From a virus (Duplodnaviria > Caudoviricetes): DNA of 57,047 nt. How positions within the stretch are numbered: the stretch's first letter is position 1; each line of letters starts with the position of its first letter. Below the pieces are notes generated by a model that worked only from the letters and a program-made list of their open reading frames with translations, had not been told where the DNA came from and searched no databases. Positions 14,927-24,169 of this stretch are shown piece by piece. Position numbers and translations under genes: made by a program. The stretch lies in the IMG/VR virus record IMGVR_UViG_3300018080_000022, positions 1 to 57,047 of that record, one strand, 5' to 3'.

Positions 14927-16987
14927 ATGGATGTGCCTAAGAAAACGCAGAAGCGAAAGAAGATAGTCACGACGGAAGAAATTGAGGGCGACGAGGCCGA
15001 GACAAAAATAGAAGAGGAAGAAGAGGAGCCCAAACGGAAAACAGAACTCCCATATGAAGTAGTCGAAATTCTAAACGGCGACAGACAGGAAGTGCCCCCC
15101 GACCTGGAAAACTGGTCGATGTGCATAATGCGTTTCAGCCCCAAATTTACACCCGACAATAAATTCGAGTTAATTACGGGCAAGATACGCGAAGTCGAAA
15201 CTTTAACCTCGTATAAAAATGTCGAGGATATAATTAGAAGGGAGCATCGCGGCGGTATTTACCACGTCAATGTTTTGAATGGCCTAAAGCAGGCCGCTAC
15301 CAGGGCGAAGATAGTCATCGAGGGCTTCCCAAAAGTGACAATGGCGGATATGCAGCATACCGCCGAAAAATACCCCGCCGTCAATGAGCAAGGCAAAAAA
15401 GAAGAAGGAGCCGAGTACTGGCGAAACAAGCGAGCCGAGTATGAAGCGAAGGCCGAGGCCGAAAAGGCCAAGGCGGATTACGAAAAAACCACGAAAAAGC
15501 TTCAGGATGACGACGAAGACGAAGAGGATATCGACATGAACTACCGCTCCCCTTTCGCGGTTCCCGGATTCCCGCAGCCCGGCTTCGAGCCTATAGACAG
15601 GAAGGCCCTCGAAGCCGAGCTTGAAAAGAAAATCCTCGACAGGTTCACTCGCGAAGAAGAGCTCAAGGAAAACCGCCGCGAGCTCAAGGAGATGCGAGAA
15701 GAGCTCCGCCGCCTGCGCGAAGAAGGGCTGAAAAAACCCGACGACAACGGGCTCAATATGAAAGACGTTCTTAAAATGATGAGCGACATGACAACGAAGC
15801 TCGTCGAAGCGAAAACCGCTCCGCCAGCGCCGCAATCCGAGGACAAGAAAATCGAAGCCTTCGCGACAATGCTCACCGGCGCTATGTCGAGCGTCAACTC
15901 GATGATGATGAACACCTTGCAGCAGACGGCCTCGGCGCAACAGCAAATTCTCATGGAAACCATCAAAAATGCAATGTCCCCGCCAGGCGACAAGGACTGG
16001 AAGCTCGAACTCATTGAAAAGGGCGCGGACACGGTGAAGGAGTTCGTCGGAAGCATAGTCGATGCCAACAAGAGCAAGCACGAAGTCCAGAAAAAACAAC
16101 TCGAAGTCATGGGAAGCGGCAAAATAAAGCCGATGATGTTGCCGAAGGGAATGATAAAGACCGGCAAGCCAGCCGCGCCAGCCCCGAGACCGCAACCGCC
16201 AAGACCCGCGACTGCCCCTGCATCAGCCGCCGCCGCGCCAGCCGCCCCCGCGCAGGCATCAGCCGCCCCACAGCCCGATGCGAATGCCCAGGAAATCTTC
16301 AAGCGCGCCGAGAAATTACAGCAGGAAGCGATAGCGGCATATCTGACGGGCACGAGCCCGGCGTTCTTCGCCCGCAAGACACTTGACATAGCGGGCCAGG
16401 AAGTTACGATGTTCTTGCGCGAAAGCCCGACCCTCGAAAGCCTTCGCAGCCTCGCTTTCGAGCAAAAAGGCGACGAAGGCGTCGCCGAGTTCGACAAGTA
16501 CATTACCAACAATGCACCGGCGCGGCAATGGGTAGAAACGTGGTTGCACGAAATCACGCTCAACTTCCGGCCCGTCGCCCCGGACGGCACGCCCATAGAA
16601 GAGCCCCAGGCCCCTGCGCCGCCGACACCTCCGGGAGCGGCCCAAGCCGCGCCGCAGTATCAACCGCCGATGCCGCCCGGCACGGAAATCGACGACGCCG
16701 ATTATGAAATAGAAGAGGAAGAGTTTGTCGATGTGGACGACTATGAAGCGCCGCTCGACTACGAAGCGCCGATGCTTACGCCGCCCCCGGTGACCTTCGC
16801 CGAGGATGCGCAGGTCACATTTTCTCCGCCCGATATCGAAAAAAATAAAAAAAATATCGACGGCCCGGAAAGCCCCGAGTCGTCAATGAGCGGCGAGCCG
16901 CAAACCCTTGTCTCGTCTGCACTTAAGACCGGCGACGGCAATGAAGCGGACGGCGGCGGCGCTGCGAAAAATACGCCCCCGAAGTAA
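14927..16987 (+). CDS. Large coiled-coil, Pro/Ala-rich protein; first gene of the virion arm
   Basis: Long ORF after GGAAGGGAG; charged coiled-coil, Met-rich and Pro-rich segments; start approximate. Confidence 0.75.
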   Translation: MDVPKKTQKRKKIVTTEEIEGDEAETKIEEEEEEPKRKTELPYEVVEILNGDRQEVPPDLENWSMCIMRFSPKFTPDNKFELITGKIREVETLTSYKNVEDIIRREHRGGIYHVNVLNGLKQAATRAKIVIEGFPKVTMADMQHTAEKYPAVNEQGKKEEGAEYWRNKRAEYEAKAEAEKAKADYEKTTKKLQDDDEDEEDIDMNYRSPFAVPGFPQPGFEPIDRKALEAELEKKILDRFTREEELKENRRELKEMREELRRLREEGLKKPDDNGLNMKDVLKMMSDMTTKLVEAKTAPPAPQSEDKKIEAFATMLTGAMSSVNSMMMNTLQQTASAQQQILMETIKNAMSPPGDKDWKLELIEKGADTVKEFVGSIVDANKSKHEVQKKQLEVMGSGKIKPMMLPKGMIKTGKPAAPAPRPQPPRPATAPASAAAAPAAPAQASAAPQPDANAQEIFKRAEKLQQEAIAAYLTGTSPAFFARKTLDIAGQEVTMFLRESPTLESLRSLAFEQKGDEGVAEFDKYITNNAPARQWVETWLHEITLNFRPVAPDGTPIEEPQAPAPPTPPGAAQAAPQYQPPMPPGTEIDDADYEIEEEEFVDVDDYEAPLDYEAPMLTPPPVTFAEDAQVTFSPPDIEKNKKNIDGPESPESSMSGEPQTLVSSALKTGDGNEADGGGAAKNTPPK

Positions 16988-17033
16988 CGATGGTCGAAAT
17001 TTTATTTGACTTCGCTTCGTGGGAGTGTATTCT

Positions 17034-17258
17034 ATGTCGCGTGACGATAAGCCCAAGCTCGACGACGTAGTTGACAAGGGGCTTGAGGCAATTGAAAATG
17101 AAGAAAGTATCCGAGACCTTAAGGCAAGGAAGGAGTTCCTTGGCGAAATAAAGCGTCATGGGTTGGCTATTTGGCGTGCTCTCGTCTTGTATGTTTTGAG
17201 GGAACACCCGAAGGAACAAGACACACATACGAAGACGACCCCGCGCCGGAAAAAGTAA
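17034..17258 (+). CDS. Small hypothetical protein
   Basis: GGAG RBS; fits the plus-strand operon. Confidence 0.55.
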   Translation: MSRDDKPKLDDVVDKGLEAIENEESIRDLKARKEFLGEIKRHGLAIWRALVLYVLREHPKEQDTHTKTTPRRKK

Positions 17259-17286
17259 GTCGCCTCCCTGGAGTCCCAGGCCCGCG

Positions 17287-17910
17287 ATGAACCAACAGCG
17301 TTCATGGCGGGCTTTCTCTTTAGGGATGGCGATGCCGATAAACGAACTTTGCACTACGATGGGAGATGGAACGCCGGTCAGAGTCCGGCGCATCCTTATC
17401 CCCAACGGCAATGCCGGAATAATGGTAAGCGCTGGCAAGATAGTCGAGCTTATCCGCGAGTATTCCGGCAACGAAGACCCCGCCTCGCAGACGCGCATCC
17501 GCTTCCTCGCCGAAGACATCACCCGCCCATGCCGTTCGAAGGACTACCTCTGCAACGTCCGTAAAATTTACGACTGGATGCTCAGGAACATCAAATGGGA
17601 CAGAGACCCGGACGGCAAAGAAATGCTCCGCTCGCCCATCGTCACGCTCGACCGCCGCGTCGGCGACTGCGACGACCATACCATTCTTATGGGCTCTCTG
17701 ATAAAGAGCATGGGAATTCCGGTGCGAATCGTATTAGTGGCGTCATATAAGCCCGAGGTCTTCAACCACGTCCTAATAGAAGCGCTTGTCCCGGTCGAAG
17801 GAAAAATGAAATGGATTGCGGTCGATACAACGCCGTTAAATGTAAACGGCAAGCTATTCCCGTTCGGCGTGAGGCCGCGAGCATACAAGTACAAGGTTCT
17901 GGAGGTATAA
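17287..17910 (+). CDS. Transglutaminase-like (papain-fold Cys-His-Asp) protein
   Basis: I.W.RDP.G.E.L.SP..TL....GDCDDH..L..SL..S.G, FNHV, W.AVDTT. Confidence 0.85.
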   Translation: MNQQRSWRAFSLGMAMPINELCTTMGDGTPVRVRRILIPNGNAGIMVSAGKIVELIREYSGNEDPASQTRIRFLAEDITRPCRSKDYLCNVRKIYDWMLRNIKWDRDPDGKEMLRSPIVTLDRRVGDCDDHTILMGSLIKSMGIPVRIVLVASYKPEVFNHVLIEALVPVEGKMKWIAVDTTPLNVNGKLFPFGVRPRAYKYKVLEV

Positions 17911-18708
17911 ATGCAATACAGGGAAAACCCGCTGGCATTGATACTTATCCCGATAGCGCTGCTTGCCGCGGGTGGAACGGCGGCGGCAATCGCGCTCAAA
18001 CGCCGGAAGAAAACGATGGCACCTTCCGGCCCGAGCGAACCGTCATATCCCTATGCCTCGCAGCCGACTATGGTTCCGTCGTCTTCGGAGCCCCCGGCCA
18101 ACGACCCCATGAAACAGATTCAGCAATTCCAGGACAAGTACGGGAAAACCGCACCGGCAGCGGCGTCGGCGGCAAAAAAGGCATGGGAAATACTCGTAAG
18201 TCCGCCGACCTCGGCCGAGAAAATAAAGGAAGCCGCCAAGGAGACCTCCGAACAAAAGGCCGCCATCGATAAGCTCGCGCTCGAAGTCAAACAGAGCGGC
18301 GGGAAACTGCCCGAAGGCGAGAAGATTCCCGGCATAGACGACCCGAGTCTTGAAACCGACAATGAAAAGACAGCCGCGTCGCCAGCCTCGGCGGCAGCGG
18401 GGGCCAAGCAGGCGGCCACGGGCGCATCCGCCGCCGCTACCGGCGCGAAGGTCTTAGGGGTTGGCCTCGGAACGGTGGCCCTTGTCGGGGCCGCGGTCGC
18501 GGTCGCGGTCGCCGGTTTCGAGGCATACCGCAGCCAGCAAAAACAGTTGAAGAAGCTTCACGCCGACTACAAGCTCTGGCGCGCGATGGCCGTGCAGTAT
18601 GTCACGCAGACGACTGACACAAACAAACACATCAAGGCAGTCCAGGGAGAAGTGGACTTCATGAAACAGGCTATACCGAAAATGCAGGCCGCTTTACAGG
18701 GAGCTTAA
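17911..18708 (+). CDS. Putative virion membrane protein (2 hydrophobic segments)
   Basis: N-terminal RENP then a TM helix; second TM near the C-terminus. Confidence 0.7.
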   Translation: MQYRENPLALILIPIALLAAGGTAAAIALKRRKKTMAPSGPSEPSYPYASQPTMVPSSSEPPANDPMKQIQQFQDKYGKTAPAAASAAKKAWEILVSPPTSAEKIKEAAKETSEQKAAIDKLALEVKQSGGKLPEGEKIPGIDDPSLETDNEKTAASPASAAAGAKQAATGASAAATGAKVLGVGLGTVALVGAAVAVAVAGFEAYRSQQKQLKKLHADYKLWRAMAVQYVTQTTDTNKHIKAVQGEVDFMKQAIPKMQAALQGA

Positions 18709-18710
18709 AG

Positions 18711-19019
18711 ATGCCGATGCAATATGTTAGGGTTGGGAAGCCAGCCGTCGATGGCCTCGGGAGCAACCGCAGCAAGCTCCGCAAGCACAGACGGCAAGCG
18801 TGGGCCTTGATGAACCTGCGACTCGACGAGTTCAACAAGGCAAAGGCAAAGCTCGAAGAACTGATGGCCGAGCACGAATTGCTCACCAAGCAGTTCAGCC
18901 TTTTGGCAAACCAGCTAAAGGCGAAGGGGCTCGACTTCGACCAGATTCGCGTTATAACCGGCGCTCCGAAGAGCGTCGTCGAGGCCAACATGAAAAAACA
19001 GGTCAAGCTAATCGCGTAA
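18711..19019 (+). CDS. Hypothetical coiled-coil virion-arm protein
   Basis: GGAG RBS; DGLGS motif. Confidence 0.65.
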   Translation: MPMQYVRVGKPAVDGLGSNRSKLRKHRRQAWALMNLRLDEFNKAKAKLEELMAEHELLTKQFSLLANQLKAKGLDFDQIRVITGAPKSVVEANMKKQVKLIA

Positions 19020-19030
19020 GGAGGCGACGG

Positions 19031-19261
19031 ATGAGAAGAGGAAGGTCGAAACTTCCGAGGGGGTATTACCTCGTGAAGACCGCCAAGCACGGCGGACTTG
19101 AGCTTGAGGATTCCATGCCCGCGCTAACCGGCATGGGCCAGGTGAGCGAAGAGGCGGTCGAAAAAGTCGAGGCCGGGCTAACCGCGGCGAAGGTCATCGG
19201 TTACGGCCTGCTCGGCGTCGTGGGATACTTCATCGTCAAGGCAATAGCCCGGAGTCAGTAA
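19031..19261 (+). CDS. Small membrane protein
   Basis: AAGGAGG RBS; TGMGQ motif; C-terminal TM. Confidence 0.65.
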   Translation: MRRGRSKLPRGYYLVKTAKHGGLELEDSMPALTGMGQVSEEAVEKVEAGLTAAKVIGYGLLGVVGYFIVKAIARSQ

Positions 19262-20241
19262 TGCCCTTTCACAGAAACGAAAGCGATTTGGCCTCGGATA
19301 TAAGAATGCACCGGCTCAACAGCGCGTATAAAAATGGCACGCGCCGCGAGCACGCGAGGCCATCTCAGTTCAATAGAGGCCCGCGGGCCACGATGACGCC
19401 GAAGGTCATCGCTAACAAAAACAGGGTCAAAAATGCGTTTAACTTCGAGCATCCGGCCAGGGATACGGAGCTCGGGGCATACAAGGAGGTAGGTATGATA
19501 AGGGGAAGAGTCAAAAGCTCATACAACCTGATGACCGGCAAGGGCGTCAAGTCGGTCAAGCAGATGGTTCTCACCGCCCAGGACAGCGGCCAGCCCGCGG
19601 GGGTAAGCGACTACGTGACGTTGCCCCGCCAGTTGGGCAGCTATGTCACCGTGCCCGAGGGCATGATGGGCGAGGTCACGGCGGAAGAACTGTGGAAGCG
19701 AGACCTCGAAGACCTCAGCAAGGATATTCGCGGCATGCACATGTTCACGACGAATAGCCAGGAAATCCGATACTACAACAAGGCGAAGACCCTCGTGGAT
19801 AACGGCAAGAAAATCTTCGCCAACAACCCGCAGATGTTAGCGGCCATAGCCCCGCTCAACGGCGAGCTCGTCAGGTGGCGAAACGACCGGGCGTGGGCCT
19901 TGACGCAGCAGCAAGGCACGGCCAACGACAAGAGCATCGGAAAAATCCAAGAGAGAATGGTCAACGCAATCAACTATGCCCGCACGGCGATGGGGATTGC
20001 GGCCATCCCAAGCGGCAGCATCCTGCCCGAGATGAACATTCCCAAGGGGCAGTTGCCGAACCTGCCGGGCGCGACGGGCACTCCGGAGCCGACACCGCCT
20101 GCGGTTCCGATTGCGCCGACCCCGGCTGAGAAGGCGCTTGCGCCGCAGTCATGGTTTCAGAAAAACAAAACGCTCGTTGCAGGGGCGGCGCTGCTCGCGA
20201 CGCTCTTAGGCGGATATGTCTGGTATCGCCAGAGGAGCTAA
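19261..20241 (+). CDS. C-terminally anchored membrane protein
   Basis: C-terminal TM (LVAGAALLATLLGGYVWY); GVSDYVTLP and LGSYVTVP motifs. Confidence 0.7.
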   Translation: MPFHRNESDLASDIRMHRLNSAYKNGTRREHARPSQFNRGPRATMTPKVIANKNRVKNAFNFEHPARDTELGAYKEVGMIRGRVKSSYNLMTGKGVKSVKQMVLTAQDSGQPAGVSDYVTLPRQLGSYVTVPEGMMGEVTAEELWKRDLEDLSKDIRGMHMFTTNSQEIRYYNKAKTLVDNGKKIFANNPQMLAAIAPLNGELVRWRNDRAWALTQQQGTANDKSIGKIQERMVNAINYARTAMGIAAIPSGSILPEMNIPKGQLPNLPGATGTPEPTPPAVPIAPTPAEKALAPQSWFQKNKTLVAGAALLATLLGGYVWYRQRS

Positions 20242-20595
20242 ATGGGAACTCCCGCATACATAAAGATAAACGGGAAGACGGTCGAGGGCGAGTGGATTTC
20301 GCCCGAGGAAGTTCCGTTCATAGCCAATCCGCGCGTGGCGAACACGGCGATGTTTCTTGCCGGTGCTGGCCTTGCGGCTCTCAAGGCGGTGCGCAATATT
20401 GCAAATGCTTCACTCAATCCGCCGCTGAAATCCAAGGTAGTGAGGGCGCTCCCGTGGGCATTCGCGGCGGGGTTGACCGCGGCGATAGCCCCGGCGCTCG
20501 GAAAGGCCAAGAACCCGGTTCGCATCGGTGCCGCGCTGTTGGGGCTCAAGGCGGTAAACGAGATTGTGAGAAAGCCCGAAGAGGAGAGGGCATAA
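20242..20595 (+). CDS. Small membrane protein of three NP-led hydrophobic segments
   Basis: ANP, LNP and KNP each precede a hydrophobic helix. Confidence 0.65.
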   Translation: MGTPAYIKINGKTVEGEWISPEEVPFIANPRVANTAMFLAGAGLAALKAVRNIANASLNPPLKSKVVRALPWAFAAGLTAAIAPALGKAKNPVRIGAALLGLKAVNEIVRKPEEERA

Positions 20596-21333
20596 ATGAC
20601 ATACAGACATAACAGAGCTTACCTGATAGGAAGTAACGAGAGGGCCGTAACCGTTACTTATGATGGGCTCGCAAAGATGTCTCAGGAAAACGCGCTCAAA
20701 GACCCGACATTTTCCGCGGCTTACACCTTGAGAAACCAGATGTCGGCCAGGCGCGACATAGTAGAAACGCTTGCCGCCGAGCTCGAAAAGCAGTACAGGG
20801 AAAAGACGATTGCGCCCGCCGATTATGTCGAAAGACTCAACAAGGCGGAGGCGCTTATCGATGCGTACAACTCCGACATAGCCGAAATGAACGTGGCGCT
20901 TGCGGCGGCGTTAAGCGATGTTCGCACGGAGACATTGAAGGCCCTTATTGACCAGGGCTATGAGCTTCCGCAGGAATGGCTTAAGCAAGCGGGATTGTCG
21001 GGAGTAGTAGTTCTCACTATCGCCGCCGTCGCGCTTATCGCGGCGATGACCGCGGGGATTGCGGTCGCCGCGCCGAAGATATCCGAAATTTTTGCGGCCA
21101 AGGAAAAAATTGAGCTCGAAAGAGAAAAGGTCGCCGCCGAGCTTGCAAAGACTGTTCTCGAAAAAGCTCCCGAAGGCGAAAAGGTGAAGTTCCTCGAAGC
21201 TATTGGCAAAGGACGGCCCCCGAGGATACGGGCGTGGTATGAATATCTTTTCTGGACGGCGCTGGCGGGAGCAACCGCCCTCACGGCGGTGAAGCTTGCT
21301 CCGATGGCGATTAAACCGAGAAGGAAAAAATAA
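20596..21333 (+). CDS. Membrane protein (coiled coil plus 2 TM)
   Basis: GLSG immediately before the first TM. Confidence 0.7.
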   Translation: MTYRHNRAYLIGSNERAVTVTYDGLAKMSQENALKDPTFSAAYTLRNQMSARRDIVETLAAELEKQYREKTIAPADYVERLNKAEALIDAYNSDIAEMNVALAAALSDVRTETLKALIDQGYELPQEWLKQAGLSGVVVLTIAAVALIAAMTAGIAVAAPKISEIFAAKEKIELEREKVAAELAKTVLEKAPEGEKVKFLEAIGKGRPPRIRAWYEYLFWTALAGATALTAVKLAPMAIKPRRKK

Positions 21334-21334
21334 G

Positions 21335-22180
21335 ATGGCCAATTATCTTTTTAAGGAAAACCCGAGAAGAAAAGGCCGGAGATTGCCGCCAAAGGAACGG
21401 TTCTACTACATGGTCGAGCGGGTGAAGAAGAACCTACATAAGCGCGGATTCCGCCCGAGACCCGACAGCCCGCATCGCACCATCCCGCAGGTCGCCAAGG
21501 CGATAACAGGTGGCATGTGGTGGGGGACTTTCGACGGCATTTCTCCCACAATGAAACGAAAAATTCTCAAGGAAGTTATCAGCAACCGCGCGAAGGGCAA
21601 GGTCGCCGTCGTAACCGGGCGCAAGGGTTCCATATCAAAGGCCGCCGTCAAACGGGCGATAGGCGAAACGGCTGCAAAGCGGCTCTACAACAAGCTCGAA
21701 CTCACCAAGACGGAAATCGACGAAGCCAGGCAACTTCTTAAACGCGGTATGCCCGCAATCGAACGTGCGCGAAGGCGCGTCGCCGCAAACCCCGAGCTTC
21801 TTATCATCACCGGCAATCCGGGCGTTGACCTCATGGACAAGAAAAAGCCGCCGACGCTCGCGGACTTCAAGAAAGCCTACCCCGAGCTCTGGAAAAAAGC
21901 GCTTAAGATGCACAGGCGTTTCCACGGCGTTGACCCCGAAACCGTCCAGCTTCAATGGGTGGAGTCGGATGTGCCGCCGATAATGGTTAAGATGGGCGAT
22001 GCGCCCGACGTAACCTACCACGTCAAGGGGAATTCGAGAAAGCAGAAAAAGATACCATTTAAGCACGACTACAAAGGCAAGGTGCATGTTTGCACCGACA
22101 TAAACGGCAAGGCGATTTTTCATATCCCTGATGCAAAGAAGGGAAGGAATGTTCGCGTAAGTGATTGGGTGCGAGGTTAG
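21335..22180 (+). CDS. Basic NP-motif protein
   Basis: KENP, AANP, TGNP; K/R-rich. Confidence 0.7.
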   Translation: MANYLFKENPRRKGRRLPPKERFYYMVERVKKNLHKRGFRPRPDSPHRTIPQVAKAITGGMWWGTFDGISPTMKRKILKEVISNRAKGKVAVVTGRKGSISKAAVKRAIGETAAKRLYNKLELTKTEIDEARQLLKRGMPAIERARRRVAANPELLIITGNPGVDLMDKKKPPTLADFKKAYPELWKKALKMHRRFHGVDPETVQLQWVESDVPPIMVKMGDAPDVTYHVKGNSRKQKKIPFKHDYKGKVHVCTDINGKAIFHIPDAKKGRNVRVSDWVRG

Positions 22181-22188
22181 GAGGGGAC

Positions 22189-23376
22189 ATGTGGACTTTT
22201 CTCGTCAATCCGCCCGAGAAGGGAGGCAAGAAGGTGAAGATGTCGAAGGCAGGCAGAAAATACAAGAGCCTGGTAAAGAAACTTGGCGTCACGAAGGGGG
22301 CCAAAGCATATAGAAAGTGGAAAAGGGAAGAGAAGGCGAAGGGAAAACCTTCCAAGGCCAAAGCGAAAGGAGGAAATCGTATGGCCAAGAAAACCAAGAA
22401 GAGGGCAACGGGCTACAAGGCGCTCGTCAAGAAACATGGCGTGACGAAAGCCGCAAAGATGTGGCGCGCAAAGGGCCACAAGCCTGCCAAGAAAAAGGCG
22501 GGGAAAAAGAAGTATGCCGCCAACCCGAAGAAGAGGGCGAGCGGCTACAGGGCTCTCGTCAAGAAGCACGGCGTCACGAAAGCCGCAAAGATGTGGCGCG
22601 CTCGCGGCCACAAGCCCGCGAAGAAATACGCGGCCAACGCATGGAAGAAAGACAGGAAGGGGCATGCAATTGCCTCGGCCGCCGGATGGGCGCGGCGTAA
22701 GGGCATTCCCGTCCCCATCTACCTCGCTCAGCGCGGATACAGCAAGAGCGCAATCGACCGCTACATCAAGAAGCATGGCGCGGTCGGTTCGAGCAAGAGG
22801 TCATACACCAAGAGCTACCCGGTGAGAAGCGCCAGGTACGCCATGAATCCGCTCGAAGGCGCGGTCGAAACCGTCAAGAGCGTGTTCGCGGTCGAGACCG
22901 TGAAGACGGTCATGGGCGTCGGCGTAGGCTTCATGGGAATGGCGCTCGGCAACGCGGTAGTAAGACGCCTCAAGCCGGACGCCGGAACCCCGGTCGTCAT
23001 CGCCGGAGAGTTCGGCGGTTCGCTCGTTGCGGGCGCGGTTTACGCCGTCGCCACGAAGGATGTCGCCAAGGGCGTCTTGACGGCAACATCCGGCATCGCG
23101 CTTTCCGTCTTCAAGATGGCCTGGACGAAGTACGTCGCCGGAAGAACCATTCTCGGCCTGGCTATGCCGGGACTGTCCGATTACGTCGAGCTCCCGTACA
23201 CCGCCGGGATGGGCGATTACGTCGAGCTCCCGTACACGGCGGGAATGGGTCAGTCGCTTGACACGGGCATGGGCCAGTTCCTTCCGCCCGAGGCGGCAGA
23301 GATAGGCCAGTTCATTCCCGAGCAGTTCGGGGAGTACAGCGTCGGCATCGGCGAGGAAGCCGAAGTCGAATACTAA
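22189..23376 (+). CDS. Very basic repeat protein fused to a membrane domain and an acidic GMG-repeat tail (candidate core/nucleoprotein precursor)
   Basis: Repeated YKALVKKHGVTKAAKMWR; YAANP/YAMNP; hydrophobic helices; DYVELPYTAGMG twice (36-bp repeat 23178-23249). Confidence 0.75.
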   Translation: MWTFLVNPPEKGGKKVKMSKAGRKYKSLVKKLGVTKGAKAYRKWKREEKAKGKPSKAKAKGGNRMAKKTKKRATGYKALVKKHGVTKAAKMWRAKGHKPAKKKAGKKKYAANPKKRASGYRALVKKHGVTKAAKMWRARGHKPAKKYAANAWKKDRKGHAIASAAGWARRKGIPVPIYLAQRGYSKSAIDRYIKKHGAVGSSKRSYTKSYPVRSARYAMNPLEGAVETVKSVFAVETVKTVMGVGVGFMGMALGNAVVRRLKPDAGTPVVIAGEFGGSLVAGAVYAVATKDVAKGVLTATSGIALSVFKMAWTKYVAGRTILGLAMPGLSDYVELPYTAGMGDYVELPYTAGMGQSLDTGMGQFLPPEAAEIGQFIPEQFGEYSVGIGEEAEVEY

Positions 23377-23384
23377 CAAATGTA

Positions 23385-23436
23385 ACGGAATAGGGCGCAT
23401 TCCAAGCGGCCCTTGCTTGCGCCCGATAGCAGGGGC
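23385..23436 (+). promoter_or_regulatory. Two-hairpin kissing-loop element upstream of capsid gene 1
   Basis: GGAAT-AGGGCGC-ATTCC and GCCCTTGC-TTGCGCCCGATA-GCAGGGGC; loops complementary; homolog at 24088-24143. Confidence 0.65.
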
Positions 23437-23459
23437 AGAAAGTTGACAGGAGGAGTAGT

Positions 23460-24080
23460 ATGACCAGGAGAATCGCACCCGCGCCAGCGGGCGTACCGGC
23501 GCTTGAGCCCGTTCGTCAAGACCTGTACGACACCAAGCTTCAGGACGGCACGGTGTCAACGCTCGAATTCTTCCGGAATCCGGGCATCGCGGGCCTCGCG
23601 GAGCTTGCAACCAACATGCAGGCGAACGGACAGCTTCCGTATCCGCAGCAGTTCCACGTCTTCGGTCTCAATCTGGAGCTCGTCCCGTATTTCCCCGAGG
23701 AAGCTCAGACCGGCGTGGATGAGGCGCATTGGCAGAACAAGAAGAAGGTTCTCGAAACCGCCTTCTTCCGCTTCCACATCGGGAGCAAGACCTATCTCAT
23801 CGACCCGGCGAAGAGAATTCCGGCTTCGCTCGGCCCGGTCGGCTTCGGAACGGGCGCGCAGGCGGGCATAAACGCCTTCCCGACGAACGGGTTGCAGGAC
23901 ATCCAGCATTACTACGATGTCACAATCCGCCAGGGCGGGAAGATTAAGCCCATCCACATTCCCGCGCAGCAGTCGTTCTACGTCCAGGTCGTGTGGCCGT
24001 TCGGCAACCCGGCCGTCGAGGGCGGCGGATGGGAAGTCAGGGCATACCTCGTCGGTATTCTCTGGAGAGAAGTTCAATAG
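23460..24080 (+). CDS. Candidate single-jelly-roll major capsid protein 1
   Basis: 206 aa, beta-strand pattern, Q.LYDT...L.FF.NP...TNM...GQLP.PQ.F...G; strong AGGAGGAG RBS; tandem paralog; fold inferred. Confidence 0.65.
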   Translation: MTRRIAPAPAGVPALEPVRQDLYDTKLQDGTVSTLEFFRNPGIAGLAELATNMQANGQLPYPQQFHVFGLNLELVPYFPEEAQTGVDEAHWQNKKKVLETAFFRFHIGSKTYLIDPAKRIPASLGPVGFGTGAQAGINAFPTNGLQDIQHYYDVTIRQGGKIKPIHIPAQQSFYVQVVWPFGNPAVEGGGWEVRAYLVGILWREVQ

Positions 24081-24087
24081 CATTTTG

Positions 24088-24143
24088 ACGGGATAGGGCG
24101 TATCCTGTTTTCCTTTTCCGCTTGCGCCCGAGTGCGGAGAGGA
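24088..24143 (+). promoter_or_regulatory. Two-hairpin kissing-loop element upstream of capsid gene 2
   Basis: GGAT-AGGGCGT-ATCC and TTCCGC-TTGCGCCCGAGT-GCGGAG. Confidence 0.65.
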
Positions 24144-24169
24144 ACAACCGTTTGAAAACGGAGGTCATT

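Noticed and set aside
17006-17033. Promoter TTGACT-16 bp-TATTCT
   Set aside because: The -10 abuts the ATG at 17034 and the spacer overlaps its RBS, so it is ambiguous
23385-23436. Pistol ribozyme
   Set aside because: The loop-mediated pseudoknot is superficially similar, but I cannot place the P3 stem and catalytic junction
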